In this document: positions 41,913-51,959 of the stretch, in pieces | How the letters are laid out: every line of letters starts with the position of its first letter | How positions within the stretch are numbered: the stretch's first letter is position 1 | From: Alphaproteobacteria bacterium | Lineage (GTDB): Bacteria > Pseudomonadota > Alphaproteobacteria > MPNO01 > UBA830 | DNA: 64,000 nt | Reading direction: 5' to 3' | NCBI GenBank assembly: GCA_038131485.1 | Contig: JAYPPO010000007.1 | Coordinates: 26,950-90,949, forward strand | The notes under the pieces: generated by a model | What the model saw: the letters and a program-made list of their open reading frames with translations, nothing else | Told to the model about the DNA's origin: nothing | Databases searched by the model: none | Translations under genes and position numbers: made by a program

Positions 41913-43124
41913 ATGGATACGCTGGAAAAGATCGACATCGACATCACGCCAGACGAGCTCGTCGCGCGGGCTGCCGCGCTCAAACCCGCGCTGCGCGCCC
42001 GCCAACGGGAGACCGAGCGGAACCGGCGTGTTCCGGACAAAAACGTCGCGGATCTGAAGGCGGCGGAGCTCTACAAGGTTCAGCAGCCGGCGCGCTATGG
42101 CGGGTTTGAGTTCGATATCTGGACGTTCGTGCGCTGCGCGATCGAAGTCGGGGCAGGCTGCGGTTCCACCGCCTGGGTCTACTCGACCGCGGCACAGCAT
42201 CAGTGGCAGATCGGCATGTTCGACGATGCCGCGCAGGAAGAGGTGTGGGGCGAAAACCCGCTCGCGATATCCGCGTCGTCCTATTCGCCGGGCGGAACGG
42301 CGATCGAGGTCGCCGGCGGTTACCGGCTGACGGGCAAGTGGCTCTACTGCTCCGGCGTGCTCAACGCCGACTGGATGATTCTCGGTGCGCGGATCGCGAA
42401 GGACGCTGCGTCCGATCCCTACACCCAGGGTTACGTGCTGGTGTCGAAGGCCGATTTTACGGTCGAGGACAACTGGGACGTGATGGGCCTGATTGGGACG
42501 GGGTCGAGCAATGTCATTCTCGACGACCTGTTCATCCCCTCGCATCGCATGCTCACGCTCGAGCAGGCTCTGTCGGGCAATCCGCCCGGCGCCGCCGTCA
42601 ACAAGAACGACCTCTGGAAGGTGCCGTTCTTTGCCGCTATCTCGATCTGCCTGTGCGCGCCGTTGGTCGGCATGGCGCAGGGTGCATTGGAGACCTACAT
42701 CGAACAGATCGGCGTCCGGAAAACCCGCGGAGCTGCGCTGAGCACACCGCAGAGCATGGCGGACTTCCCGACCATCCAGGTGCGCGTCGCCGAAGCATCG
42801 GCGGCAATCGATGCGGCGAAGATGCTCGTGATGCGCGACTGCCAGGAAATCATGCGCATCATGGCTGAAGGTCGGGAGCTGACGACCCAGGAGCGCGCCC
42901 GAAACAAAGGTGACCTCAGCTTCGCCGTCCGCCTTGCGCGTAAGGCGACCGATCTGCTGTTCGAAAGCGTCGGGGGCGCCGAGCTGACGAACGACGGCCT
43001 GATCCAGCGCTACTGGCGCGACCTCAATGCTGGCGCGAAGCATATCAGCGTCAACTGGGACATGTGCTCGACGCTGTACGGCAGGGTGGCGCTGGGACTG
43101 CCGGCAGGAACCGCGCAGTTCTGA
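41913..43124 (+). CDS. Acyl-CoA-dehydrogenase-fold flavin-dependent monooxygenase (HsaA/C2-type oxygenase component)
   Basis: ATG at 41913, 403 aa. ARYGGFEFD, GCGSTAWVY, GGYRLTGKWLYCSG and NWDVMGLIGTGSSNV motifs. It is a clear paralogue of 59651-60853. Confidence 0.75.
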   Translation: MDTLEKIDIDITPDELVARAAALKPALRARQRETERNRRVPDKNVADLKAAELYKVQQPARYGGFEFDIWTFVRCAIEVGAGCGSTAWVYSTAAQHQWQIGMFDDAAQEEVWGENPLAISASSYSPGGTAIEVAGGYRLTGKWLYCSGVLNADWMILGARIAKDAASDPYTQGYVLVSKADFTVEDNWDVMGLIGTGSSNVILDDLFIPSHRMLTLEQALSGNPPGAAVNKNDLWKVPFFAAISICLCAPLVGMAQGALETYIEQIGVRKTRGAALSTPQSMADFPTIQVRVAEASAAIDAAKMLVMRDCQEIMRIMAEGRELTTQERARNKGDLSFAVRLARKATDLLFESVGGAELTNDGLIQRYWRDLNAGAKHISVNWDMCSTLYGRVALGLPAGTAQF

Positions 43125-43137
43125 TGGAAAACGCGCC

Positions 43138-44328
43138 CTACGCCGCCTCGCCCGCCGCATAGCCGCTCGACCACGCCCACTGGAAATTGTACCCGCCGAG
43201 CCATCCGGTCACGTCGACAGCCTCGCCGATCGCGTAGAGCCCCGGAACATCCTTCGCTTCCATCGTCCGCGACGACAGGCAATTTGTGTCGATGCCGCCC
43301 GATGTGACCTCCGCCTTTGTGTAGCCCTCGGTCCCTGACGGGCGTAACCGCCAGCGGTTCAAGAGACCGCCCAACCCGAAGAGCGTCTTGTCCGCGATTT
43401 CGCCCATCGGCGCATCGGGCAGGTGGAGAGCGGAAAATGCGTTCGCGAGCCGGCCGGGCAGGCGCTCAGCTAAGACCGTCCGGCCCCGGGATCGCGGGTG
43501 CGCGCGCTTGGCCTCGACGAGCCAGGCAGCTCCGTCGGTGTCGGGGAGTAAATCGAGGGATATGTCCGCACCATCCGACAAATAGGACGACGCCTGCAGG
43601 ATCGCCGGGCCTGACAGACCGCGATGGGTAAAGAGCATGGCTTCCCGGAACCGGGCGCTGTCGGTCGTTGCGACGCAGTCGAGCGTGACGCCGCTCAGCG
43701 ACCGCATCAGTTCGAGGACGTCGCCTGCGAACGTCAGCGGCACAAGGCCGGGACGGACACTGGTAAGGGTCAGGCCGAAGCGCCTTGCGACGTCGTGCGA
43801 GAAACCCGTGGCGCCCATCTTCGGGATCGAGAGGCCTCCGGTGGCGAGAACCACCGACGCGGACTCGAAGTCGCCACTGTCGGTCGACACCCGGAAACGA
43901 TCGGCGCGGCTTACGTCCGTGATCCGCTGGCCGACGCGCACGTCGACGCTTGCGGCCCGGCATTCCGCCAGCAGCATCTCGACGATGCTGCGCGCCGAAC
44001 CGTCGCAGAACAACTGCCCGAGCGTTTTCTCGTGCCATGCGATGTGATGCCGGTCGACGAGCGCGATGAAGTCGTGCTGCGTATAGCGCGCGAGAGCCGA
44101 TTTGCAGAAATGCGGGTTTTCCGACAGGAAATTTTCCGGTCCCGCATGGAGGTTGGTGAAATTGCAGCGCCCGCCGCCGGATATCAGGATCTTCTTGCCG
44201 GCTTCCGATGCATGATCGAGCAACAGGACACGCCGCCCGCGGCCGCCCGCGGTCATCGCGCACATCAATCCCGTGGCGCCGGCGCCGAGGACGATGACGT
44301 CGTATGATGTCTGCGTCGAGATCGTCAT
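43138..44328 (-). CDS. BaiN/HI0933-family NAD(P)/FAD-dependent oxidoreductase
   Basis: YDVIVLGAGATGLMCA, KKILISGGGRCNFTN and C-terminal GEAVDVTGWLGGYNFQWAWSSG. Confidence 0.85.
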   Translation of the reverse strand: MTISTQTSYDVIVLGAGATGLMCAMTAGGRGRRVLLLDHASEAGKKILISGGGRCNFTNLHAGPENFLSENPHFCKSALARYTQHDFIALVDRHHIAWHEKTLGQLFCDGSARSIVEMLLAECRAASVDVRVGQRITDVSRADRFRVSTDSGDFESASVVLATGGLSIPKMGATGFSHDVARRFGLTLTSVRPGLVPLTFAGDVLELMRSLSGVTLDCVATTDSARFREAMLFTHRGLSGPAILQASSYLSDGADISLDLLPDTDGAAWLVEAKRAHPRSRGRTVLAERLPGRLANAFSALHLPDAPMGEIADKTLFGLGGLLNRWRLRPSGTEGYTKAEVTSGGIDTNCLSSRTMEAKDVPGLYAIGEAVDVTGWLGGYNFQWAWSSGYAAGEAA

Positions 44329-44383
44329 GCGGCGGGTCGTAGCACGGATGGGGCGGTTCGGCTGCGCCGATCGTTCCAGCGCG

Positions 44384-45562
44384 TCAGAACCGGCGCGAGG
44401 TTTCCAGCAAAACCTCCGTGCCGTTAGGGTTCTTGCCGTGTCGCGAATAGAAATGGAGCGTCTTCAGAACCGGCTCGTCGCTCGAGACGAAGAAGATCGC
44501 GTCGCCGCCTGCTTCGTTCGCGTGCTCGACCCATTCACCGCCGGGCACGCAGAACGTGTCGAACGGCTCCCAGTCGAACCGCTTTCCGCCGATCACCGAA
44601 TGGCCACGCCCTTCGAAGACGGTGTAGATCAGGCTCGCATTCTGGCGCGAGGGCAGGGTCGTTTCGCCCGGTCGTAGCATCTGGGTAAAGAAGGTCATCG
44701 TGGAGTACGGCGCGCGGCCCGTGGTGGGATCGACATATTCGACCATCAGCCCGTCATAGGGGCTTCCCTCGCTGTCGCGCATGTTCTCGAGCAACTCGCG
44801 CGTCGGCTCCCAGCGATAGACGTACATGGGAGACGCGTTGCCCGTTCCCCGATCGTGGCTGACCGTGCGTGGCAGAAGGCCGCCCTTGCCGTAGGTCCGG
44901 AGGCTATGCTCGGGATGGAAGCGGTCGTCCTGCGTCTTCTTGCGGATTTTTTTGCCCGCGTCGTCCTCTTCGTAATAGTCGCTCTCGAAATACGTGGCGT
45001 TGAGCACGTTTACCAGAGGCATGTCGAGCACGCTGAGATTGACCGCGCCGCCTTCGCCCTCGTTCCCGTGATTGTGCCAGGTGTCGTGCGGCGTCAGCAC
45101 CAGATCGCCCGGCCCAAACGTGATCGGCTCGCCCTCGACGCCGGTGAAATTCGTGTGGCCGGTCAGGCCGAACCGTATGGCATTCGGGGAATGCCGGTGC
45201 GCCGGCGCGATCTCGTTCGGGTTGTTGATGCGATAGGCGGCGAACATGGTCGTCGTTGTCGCGATCAGGCCTTCAAGGGCCGGATTACACATGATCAGCG
45301 ACCGGCGCTCGCTTTCCTCCATGTCGATCAGCTCGCCAGCCTTTTCGAGGCAAGGCTTGATGTCGCTGTACTTCCAGATGTGGGGGACGGCTTTCTGGAA
45401 TTTCGCCAGATCGCGGACCGCCTCGTGCTCTCCGGCTTTGCCGACCGACCAGAATTCGTAGAGGTTGAGGGCCTGCGTGCGTTCATGCAGGTCCGCCATT
45501 TCCGCGTTCCAGTCGTAGCTGTTGGCTTGACGTTTCTGATCGCCGCGCAAGGTGGTCGCCAT
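44384..45562 (-). CDS. Gentisate 1,2-dioxygenase-like bicupin
   Basis: The ATG at 45562 gives MATTLRGDQKRQANSY. The first cupin has APAHRHSPNAIRF..GDLVLTPHDTWHNHGNEG and a second cupin lies at the C-terminus. The ORF track's 685-aa version is a spurious extension antisense to purU. Confidence 0.75.
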   Translation of the reverse strand: MATTLRGDQKRQANSYDWNAEMADLHERTQALNLYEFWSVGKAGEHEAVRDLAKFQKAVPHIWKYSDIKPCLEKAGELIDMEESERRSLIMCNPALEGLIATTTTMFAAYRINNPNEIAPAHRHSPNAIRFGLTGHTNFTGVEGEPITFGPGDLVLTPHDTWHNHGNEGEGGAVNLSVLDMPLVNVLNATYFESDYYEEDDAGKKIRKKTQDDRFHPEHSLRTYGKGGLLPRTVSHDRGTGNASPMYVYRWEPTRELLENMRDSEGSPYDGLMVEYVDPTTGRAPYSTMTFFTQMLRPGETTLPSRQNASLIYTVFEGRGHSVIGGKRFDWEPFDTFCVPGGEWVEHANEAGGDAIFFVSSDEPVLKTLHFYSRHGKNPNGTEVLLETSRRF

Positions 45563-45715
45563 CTCGATCTCCCTATCCGATGACGATTCAATAGATGAAT
45601 TTTCGCGCAGCGTCGACGCCCGACACCCTGGGCGAGAGCTCCGACCGGCGGGTTGATTGACGTGGAGCGGCGAGATAGACAGGCGCCTTCGCAACGTCAG
45701 CTTGGCAATTAACCC

Positions 45716-46570
45716 ATGAGTTACCGCCATATCCTCACGACGGCCTGCTCCGACCAGCCGGGCATCCTCGCCGCGGTTTCCGGTTTCCTGACGGATTCCG
45801 GTTGCACCGTCGACGATGCCGCGTTCTTTTCCGATGCCGACTCCGGCCGGTTTTTCGGGCGTTCCGTGTTCACCATCGAGCGCCCGGGCGTCACCGGAGA
45901 GATGATCGGGTCCTGGTTCGGCCAGGTCGCGCACAAGTACGGCATGGACTGGAATATTTTCGATACCGCATCGCCGATGAAGGTGATGCTCATGGTCTCC
46001 AAGTTCGACCATTGCCTCAACGATTTGCTCTACCGCTACCGGATCGGCGCCTTGCCGATGGAAGTGACCGCAATTGTCTCGAACCACCCCGACGCCAAGC
46101 CGCTCGCCGATGCGGCCGGCATCCCCTATCACCATATTCCGGTGACGAAGGACACAAAGCCGGAGGCCGAGGCGAAGCTCTGGGACCTGATCGGCGAGAC
46201 AGGGACCGACCTCGTCGTCCTGGCGCGCTACATGCAGGTCCTGTCCGACGATCTGTGCCGCAAGCTCGGCAGCCGGGCGGTCAATATCCACCATTCGTTC
46301 TTGCCCGGCTTCAAGGGCGCAAAACCGTATCACCAGGCGTTCGAGCGCGGTGTGAAGCTTATCGGCGCGACGGCGCACTTCGTTACGGCGGACCTCGACG
46401 AGGGCCCGATCATCGAACAGGCTGTCGAACGCGTCGATCACACCGTAATGCCCGAGGAGATGGTCGCGGTTGGTAGGGATATCGAGAGCGTCGTTCTCGC
46501 GAGGGCGCTCAAATACGTGCTCGAGCGGCGCGTCCTGCAGAACGGCAAGAAAACCGTGGTTTTCAGGTAG
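45716..46570 (+). CDS. purU: Formyltetrahydrofolate deformylase
   Basis: ACT-like N-terminus (ILTTACSDQPGILAAVSGFL), then the formyltransferase core (MLMVSKFDHCLNDLLYRYRIGALP..INIHHSFLPGFKGAKPYHQA). Confidence 0.9.
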   Translation: MSYRHILTTACSDQPGILAAVSGFLTDSGCTVDDAAFFSDADSGRFFGRSVFTIERPGVTGEMIGSWFGQVAHKYGMDWNIFDTASPMKVMLMVSKFDHCLNDLLYRYRIGALPMEVTAIVSNHPDAKPLADAAGIPYHHIPVTKDTKPEAEAKLWDLIGETGTDLVVLARYMQVLSDDLCRKLGSRAVNIHHSFLPGFKGAKPYHQAFERGVKLIGATAHFVTADLDEGPIIEQAVERVDHTVMPEEMVAVGRDIESVVLARALKYVLERRVLQNGKKTVVFR

Positions 46571-46803
46571 GAACGCTTTACCGTAATCGTTCCTCGAGAA
46601 ATTTCACGGTATCTGTCATCACCTCATCGCGCGGCTAGCGGAACCACCTGTAGCGCCGCTTTGGCCTCCGCGTCAGCTCGTCCGCCAGGCGTCGCCAGAT
46701 CTGCCTAGAGCGCGCCGCCGCTTGGGAGCGAAAGCTCAGTACTCCGCCCTCTTGCGCCCGGGGGGCAGCGCGATAAGCAGCAGTAGGGCGAACGCGAGCG
46801 GTC

Positions 46804-47589
46804 TCACCAAGCCGTCCATCCGCCGTCGATGACGATGCTTGTCCCCGTAATCAGCCCCGAGGCGGGGGAAGCGAGAAACAGGACGGCGCCCATGATGTCC
46901 TCCAGCCTGCCGAGCTCGCCCATCGGGATGCGGCCGAGTGTGTCGTCGCGGAATTCCTTGTTCTCGAAGTACGGCGCGGTCATCGGCGTCAGGATGAAGG
47001 TCGGGCCGACCGAATTTACGCGGATTTTATGCGGCGCCAGCTCGACGCCCATCGCTTTGGTCAGTCCTTCGACAGCGTGTTTCGAGGTGCAGTAGACGGT
47101 GCGGTTCGGCGCGCCGACATGGCCCATCTGCGACGACATATGAATGATCGAGCCGCCGTCGCCCTGCGCGATCATCTTCTTCGCGGCGACCTGAGAGGCG
47201 AAGAACAGCGATTTGACGTTTAGCCCCATGACCCGGTCGTAATTTTCTTCGGAGACGTTCACGAACGGCTCCGGAGCGTTGGTGCCGGCGTTGTTGACGA
47301 GGATGTCGATACGCGCCAATCCGCCGATTCCGCGCGCGATGTCGGTTATGTCGGAGACGTCGCAGACGAGCGGCCGGGCGACGCCGCCTTCCGCGGAAAT
47401 TTCGGCTGCGACGGCCTCCAGTTCCGACAGCGTCCGGCTGACCAGCACGACGTCCGCACCCGCCGCGGCGAGGGCGAAAGCGCAGGCGCGGCCGAGCCCC
47501 CGGCCGGCGCCGGTGACCACGGCAACCTTGCCGTCGAGGCGCATTTCAGGCGTATTGAGCGGGCCGTCCCGCAGCGCCGGTTCGTTCAT
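46804..47589 (-). CDS. SDR-family oxidoreductase
   Basis: ATG at 47589. TGAGRGLG cofactor motif, NNAG, and catalytic YCTSK. Confidence 0.85.
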   Translation of the reverse strand: MNEPALRDGPLNTPEMRLDGKVAVVTGAGRGLGRACAFALAAAGADVVLVSRTLSELEAVAAEISAEGGVARPLVCDVSDITDIARGIGGLARIDILVNNAGTNAPEPFVNVSEENYDRVMGLNVKSLFFASQVAAKKMIAQGDGGSIIHMSSQMGHVGAPNRTVYCTSKHAVEGLTKAMGVELAPHKIRVNSVGPTFILTPMTAPYFENKEFRDDTLGRIPMGELGRLEDIMGAVLFLASPASGLITGTSIVIDGGWTAW

Positions 47590-47610
47590 CCGTTCCTCCC
47601 AGGCGTCAAC

Positions 47611-47639
47611 TTGACAGGGCATAGGCTATCCAACCTAAT
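47611..47639 (+). promoter_or_regulatory. Candidate sigma70-type promoter for the cyclase gene
   Basis: TTGACA (47611-47616), 17-nt spacer, CCTAAT (47634-47639), ~43 nt upstream of ATG 47682, in the divergent spacer shared with the SDR gene. Confidence 0.3.
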
Positions 47640-47681
47640 GCCATCAAACGGGGACACCAACAACCAACAGGAAGCGTTGAA

Positions 47682-48647
47682 ATGGTCCACAAATATTCGG
47701 ACGGCAAACTGGACATGAACATCCTCCGCGAGACGGCGGAGAAATGCAAAAATTGGGGCAAATGGGGCCCGGACGACGAGGCCGGCACGCTCAATTATAT
47801 CGGCCCGGAGGAGATCATTGGGGCAGCCGGGCTGATCAAAAAAGGCAAGACCTTCTCGCTCGGCCTAAATTTCGACAACCAGGGTCCCCAGTCGGGCCTG
47901 TGGGGCAACCGCTTCAATCCGATCCACACCATGCTGGCCACCGGCACCGACGCGGTAGCCGGCAACCAGGACGAGGGCGGCATCCGCTACGCCGACGACA
48001 TGGTCTCGCTGCCGCTCCAGTGCGGCACGCAGTGGGATGCGTTGGGTCACATCTTCTACGATGACAAGATGTGGAACGGCTACGACGCGGCGCTAGTCGA
48101 TTCCAACGGTGCCCAGAAGAACGGCATCGAGAAGGTCAAGGACCGGATGGTCGGCCGCGGCGTGCTGCTGGACATCGCCAAGCACACCGGCGTCGCGGCG
48201 CTGTCCGAAGGTGACGCGATCTCTCGCACCGATCTTGATGCGTGCGCCGAGGCGCAGGGCGTCGAGGTGAAGAAGGGCGATTTCGTGCTCGTCCGCACCG
48301 GCATGATGGAAGAGCGCCTCAAGAACGGCTGGGGTGGCTATGCAGGTGGCGATGCGCCTGGCCTGTCGTTCGACACCGCCGAGTGGCTCTACGAGAAGCA
48401 GGTCGCCGCGATCTGTTGCGATACTTGGGGTTGCGAGGTGAGGCCGAACGAGACCAAGGACGCGCAGCAGCCCTGGCATTGGGTCGTGATCCCGATGATC
48501 GGCATCACCATGGGCGAGATCTTCGTGATGGGTGAATTGTCAGACGATTGCGAGCAGGATGGCGTGTGGGAGTTCTTCTTCTGCGCTCCCCCGCTGCCCG
48601 TGACCGGCGGCGTCGGCTCGCCGATCAATCCGATCGCGATCAAGTAG
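47682..48647 (+). CDS. Cyclase-family protein (kynurenine-formamidase-like fold)
   Basis: Intact 321 aa. The GTQWDALGH region resembles the HxGTHxDxPxH metal motif of putative cyclases. Confidence 0.8.
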   Translation: MVHKYSDGKLDMNILRETAEKCKNWGKWGPDDEAGTLNYIGPEEIIGAAGLIKKGKTFSLGLNFDNQGPQSGLWGNRFNPIHTMLATGTDAVAGNQDEGGIRYADDMVSLPLQCGTQWDALGHIFYDDKMWNGYDAALVDSNGAQKNGIEKVKDRMVGRGVLLDIAKHTGVAALSEGDAISRTDLDACAEAQGVEVKKGDFVLVRTGMMEERLKNGWGGYAGGDAPGLSFDTAEWLYEKQVAAICCDTWGCEVRPNETKDAQQPWHWVVIPMIGITMGEIFVMGELSDDCEQDGVWEFFFCAPPLPVTGGVGSPINPIAIK

Positions 48648-48671
48648 AAACCAGCTCGGTCGCTCCCTGCC

Positions 48672-48745
48672 TAACTCTCCCCCTGAAGGAAGAGGGGACA
48701 GGGCGAGCTAACCGAAGCATTTCGGATCCTCTCTCCCCGCCTGCG
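48672..48745. repeat. Intergenic REP-like stretch with two CTCTCCCC cores and short hairpins
   Basis: CTCTCCCC at 48675-48682 and 48731-48738. Small stem-loops TCCCC..GGGGA and GCGG-TCCGAAG-CCGC. It shares its core with the 25047-25073 palindrome. Confidence 0.25.
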
Positions 48746-48803
48746 GTCCGAAGCCGCAATATGGCTGAGGGGGTTGGAAAAGGGGGGGAAAGGTAACGAC
48801 ACC

Positions 48804-50110
48804 ATGGCCAAACATTTGAAGGAACGCATCGGCGAGGCGGAGGAGAAGGAATACGACGCCCAGGTCCGCCGCACTGTCGAGGATATCCTCCGTGACATCG
48901 AGGATCGCGGCGACGCTGCGGTCCGCAACCTGTCTGAAAAGTTCGACAAATGGTCGCCCGCGAGCTTCCGCCTATCGGGAGAGGAAATCGCCAAACTGAT
49001 CGCGGGCGTTCCGCAGGAAACCATCGAAGACATCAAGTTCGCGCAGGCGCAGGTCCGCAACTTCGCCCAGATCCAGCGCGACGCGCTGAAGGACGTCGAA
49101 GTCGAGACGCTGCCGGGCGTGAAGCTCGGCCATCGCAACATTCCGGTGAACTCAGTCGGCTGTTACGTGCCTGGTGGGCGCTATCCGATGGTCGCGTCGG
49201 CGCATATGAGCGTGGTGACGGCCAAGGTCGCGGGCGTTAAGCGCGTCATCGCCTGCACGCCGCCGACCGATGGCAAGCCGCACCCGGAGACTATCGCAGC
49301 GATGCATTTCGGCGGCGCCGACGAGATCTACCTAATGGGGGGTGTTCAGGCGGTCGGGGCGATGGCGATCGGCACCGAGACAATTGCGCAGGTCGACATG
49401 CTTGTTGGCCCTGGCAACGCCTACGTCGCGGAGGCCAAGCGCCAGCTCTACGGCCGCGTCGGTATCGACCTGTTCGCCGGACCGACCGAGATCCTTGTCA
49501 TCGCCGACGAAACCTCGGACGTGGAGGTGATCGCGACCGACCTGCTCGGCCAGGCCGAGCACGGTCCGACGTCGCCCGCCATTCTGATCACGACGTCGGC
49601 GAAGCTCGCCGCCGATCTGCCGGCCGAGATCGACCGACAGCTTGAGCGGTTACCAACTGCCGATGTTGCAGGCGACGCTTGGAGCGACTACGGTGAGATC
49701 ATCCTCGTCGACGATATCGACGAGGCGGTGCGGGAGGCCGACCGCGTCGCGGCCGAGCATGTCGAGGTCCTGACCGAGAACCCGCGCTATTTCCTCGAGA
49801 ACATGACCAACTACGGTGCACTGTTCCTTGGGCCCGAAACAAACGTGTCCTATGGCGATAAGGTGATCGGCACCAACCACACGCTGCCGACCAAGGGCGC
49901 GGCGCGTTACCAGGCGGGCTGTGGGTCGGGAAGTTTCTCAAGACCTGCACCTATCAGGAGTGCACGGAGGAGGCGAGCGTTGTCGTTGGCGACTACTGCT
50001 CGCGATTGTGCGCTATAGAGAAGTTCTGGGGGCACAAAGAACAGGCCGACCTGCGTCTCCGGCGTTACGGAGGCCGAAATATTGGCCTCGGCGCCGGCGC
50101 TGCCGAATAA
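48804..50110 (+). pseudogene. Histidinol-dehydrogenase-family (HisD-like) dehydrogenase, single frameshift at ~49911
   Basis: The ATG at 48804 gives [50 protein letters not shown]. The body is intact up to GAARY. The C-terminus [39 protein letters not shown] (stop 50108-50110) is in another frame. Confidence 0.8.
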
Positions 50111-50134
50111 CTGAGATCGAGAAGGAAAAGGGAC

Positions 50135-50662
50135 ATGGCAAACGTACAGGTCAGCCGGGAAGACATGATCGCCCGGTTCGCGAAATTCGGCGAGCTTACG
50201 CCGTCAAAACAAGCATTTGTCGATACCCGGTTGCCGGAGCACACACGTGATATCTTTAACGTGATCGGCATGGGAGTGACCGAAGATCCTGAACTCAAGC
50301 CCGCCATCACAGCGGTCGAAGGATTCAACGTCACTTATGTCGGTGCAGATCCAGGCAAAGGCGCGGCGCTTCACGCGCATACAACGGTCGAGGTATTCAT
50401 TGCGATGAGCGGTCGTTGGGCGGTTTTCTGGGGAGACGAGGGCGAGAACGAAATAAAGCTCGACACGTTCGATTGCGTCTCGGTCCCGGTCGGCGTGATG
50501 CGCGGATTTCGTAACATTGGTGACAGTCACGCGCACCTGATGGCCATTCTCGGTGGCAAGGATGCTGGCAAGGTGAGCTGGGCCGATTCCGTGCTTGAGC
50601 GGGCAAACGAATCTGGTCTCGCCTTGGATGAAAAGGGCAACATCGTGGTAGCCGCCGACTAG
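50135..50662 (+). CDS. Cupin-domain protein
   Basis: 175 aa with cupin His cluster GKGAALHAHTTVEVFIAMSGRW. Confidence 0.7.
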   Translation: MANVQVSREDMIARFAKFGELTPSKQAFVDTRLPEHTRDIFNVIGMGVTEDPELKPAITAVEGFNVTYVGADPGKGAALHAHTTVEVFIAMSGRWAVFWGDEGENEIKLDTFDCVSVPVGVMRGFRNIGDSHAHLMAILGGKDAGKVSWADSVLERANESGLALDEKGNIVVAAD

Positions 50663-50702
50663 CTGGAATCCTGATAATTTTCATAGAAGCGGCAGTGTAA
50701 TT

Positions 50703-51944
50703 GTGCGCCTCTCTTCGGAGATGTTCGGCGGCGTCGGACGAGCGATGTCGAGCCCACATTATCGTCGGTATGCCTGTGGCCACATCGCTAACGTGTTCGG
50801 CTGGTGGGGCTACCGGCTCGGCGTCGGCTGGCTTGTCTGGGAGTTGACCAAATCGCCTGGTTGGCTCGGCATCTTCGTCTTTGCCGGTATGATACCCGTA
50901 ACTGTGGTCTCGCCGATCGCAGGAGCGCTTGCCGATCGGCATGGCCATCGGCGCGTGGCGATGATCGCGGCCTCCCTTTCTGGAACCGTGATGCTGGCGA
51001 TGACGCTGATAACGGCGGCGAACGAGATGACTGTTCCATTGCTGCTGATCCTGAGTATCTTGCTCGGCATTTCTTTTGGCACAGAGTTCCCTGCGCGGCA
51101 GGCGCTGATCCCCCAGCTAGTCGAGCGCGAGAACGTCTCGGCGGCAGTCGCCTTCAATTCGACGACGTTCCAGGTCGGCACGTTTCTTGCTCCCGTACTT
51201 GCGGGCTGGATGATTTCGGAGTGGGGGAGTTGGGCGGCGCTCGCGCTTTACGCCTTCTCCAACTATTGGATGGTATTGATGCTTGCCGTCTTGCGGTACA
51301 GGCCTCCGCCAAAGGAACCTATGCCGCCGCGGGGGTTTTTCTCCGAAATCGGCGATGGGTTCCGCCATATCGCGGACGTTCCCGCGCTTCGTTTGCTTTT
51401 CGCGATCACGCTGATCAACGGCATCCTGCTTCGCCCGTATTTGGAGCTGCTGCCCGGTTTCGCAGCGGATATTTTCGGTGGCGGGCCAGAGACCTTGGGA
51501 ACGCTAACGGCGGCCTCAGGTTTCGGGGCTCTCGCTATGGGGACCTTTCTTGCTTTCCGCGGCCGCAATCGCGGTCTCGTGCGCCTGATGCTAGCTGGCG
51601 TCGTGTCCGGATCCGCCGGACTGGCGGCTTTCGCGGCTACTGATGACCTGCATCTTGGGGTTGGCCTGATGGCCCTGTCCGCGTTTCTAATGCTCGCTTG
51701 CCACATCGGCGCTTACAGCCTCGTGCAGAACGTCGTCGAACCGGCGATGCGCGGCCGAGTGATCTCGGTAAACATCTCAATCGTTATCGGTGGACCTGCA
51801 ATCGGCGCGATGCTCATCGGCTGGTGGGCTGAAGTTGTCGGCCTGCAATGGGCTGTCGCAAGCGCCTCAATTCTTGCTATTGCTGGCGTCCTGGCTTTGG
51901 CACCCGCGATCCGCCAACATGCGGGTGACATGGAGAAGGAGTAA
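50703..51944 (+). CDS. MFS transporter
   Basis: About 12 predicted hydrophobic segments and an ALADRHGHRRV loop motif. The start is ambiguous (GTG 50703, ATG 50721 or ATG 50745). Confidence 0.8.
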   Translation: MRLSSEMFGGVGRAMSSPHYRRYACGHIANVFGWWGYRLGVGWLVWELTKSPGWLGIFVFAGMIPVTVVSPIAGALADRHGHRRVAMIAASLSGTVMLAMTLITAANEMTVPLLLILSILLGISFGTEFPARQALIPQLVERENVSAAVAFNSTTFQVGTFLAPVLAGWMISEWGSWAALALYAFSNYWMVLMLAVLRYRPPPKEPMPPRGFFSEIGDGFRHIADVPALRLLFAITLINGILLRPYLELLPGFAADIFGGGPETLGTLTAASGFGALAMGTFLAFRGRNRGLVRLMLAGVVSGSAGLAAFAATDDLHLGVGLMALSAFLMLACHIGAYSLVQNVVEPAMRGRVISVNISIVIGGPAIGAMLIGWWAEVVGLQWAVASASILAIAGVLALAPAIRQHAGDMEKE

Positions 51945-51959
51945 GAGGGCGGTTCCCAA

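Noticed and set aside
44384-46441. 685-aa minus-strand ORF in the track.
   Set aside because: Only the C-terminal 392 codons (from ATG 45562) look like a protein, the bicupin dioxygenase. The upstream ~290 codons are antisense to the well-supported purU gene, which is typical high-GC open-frame noise.
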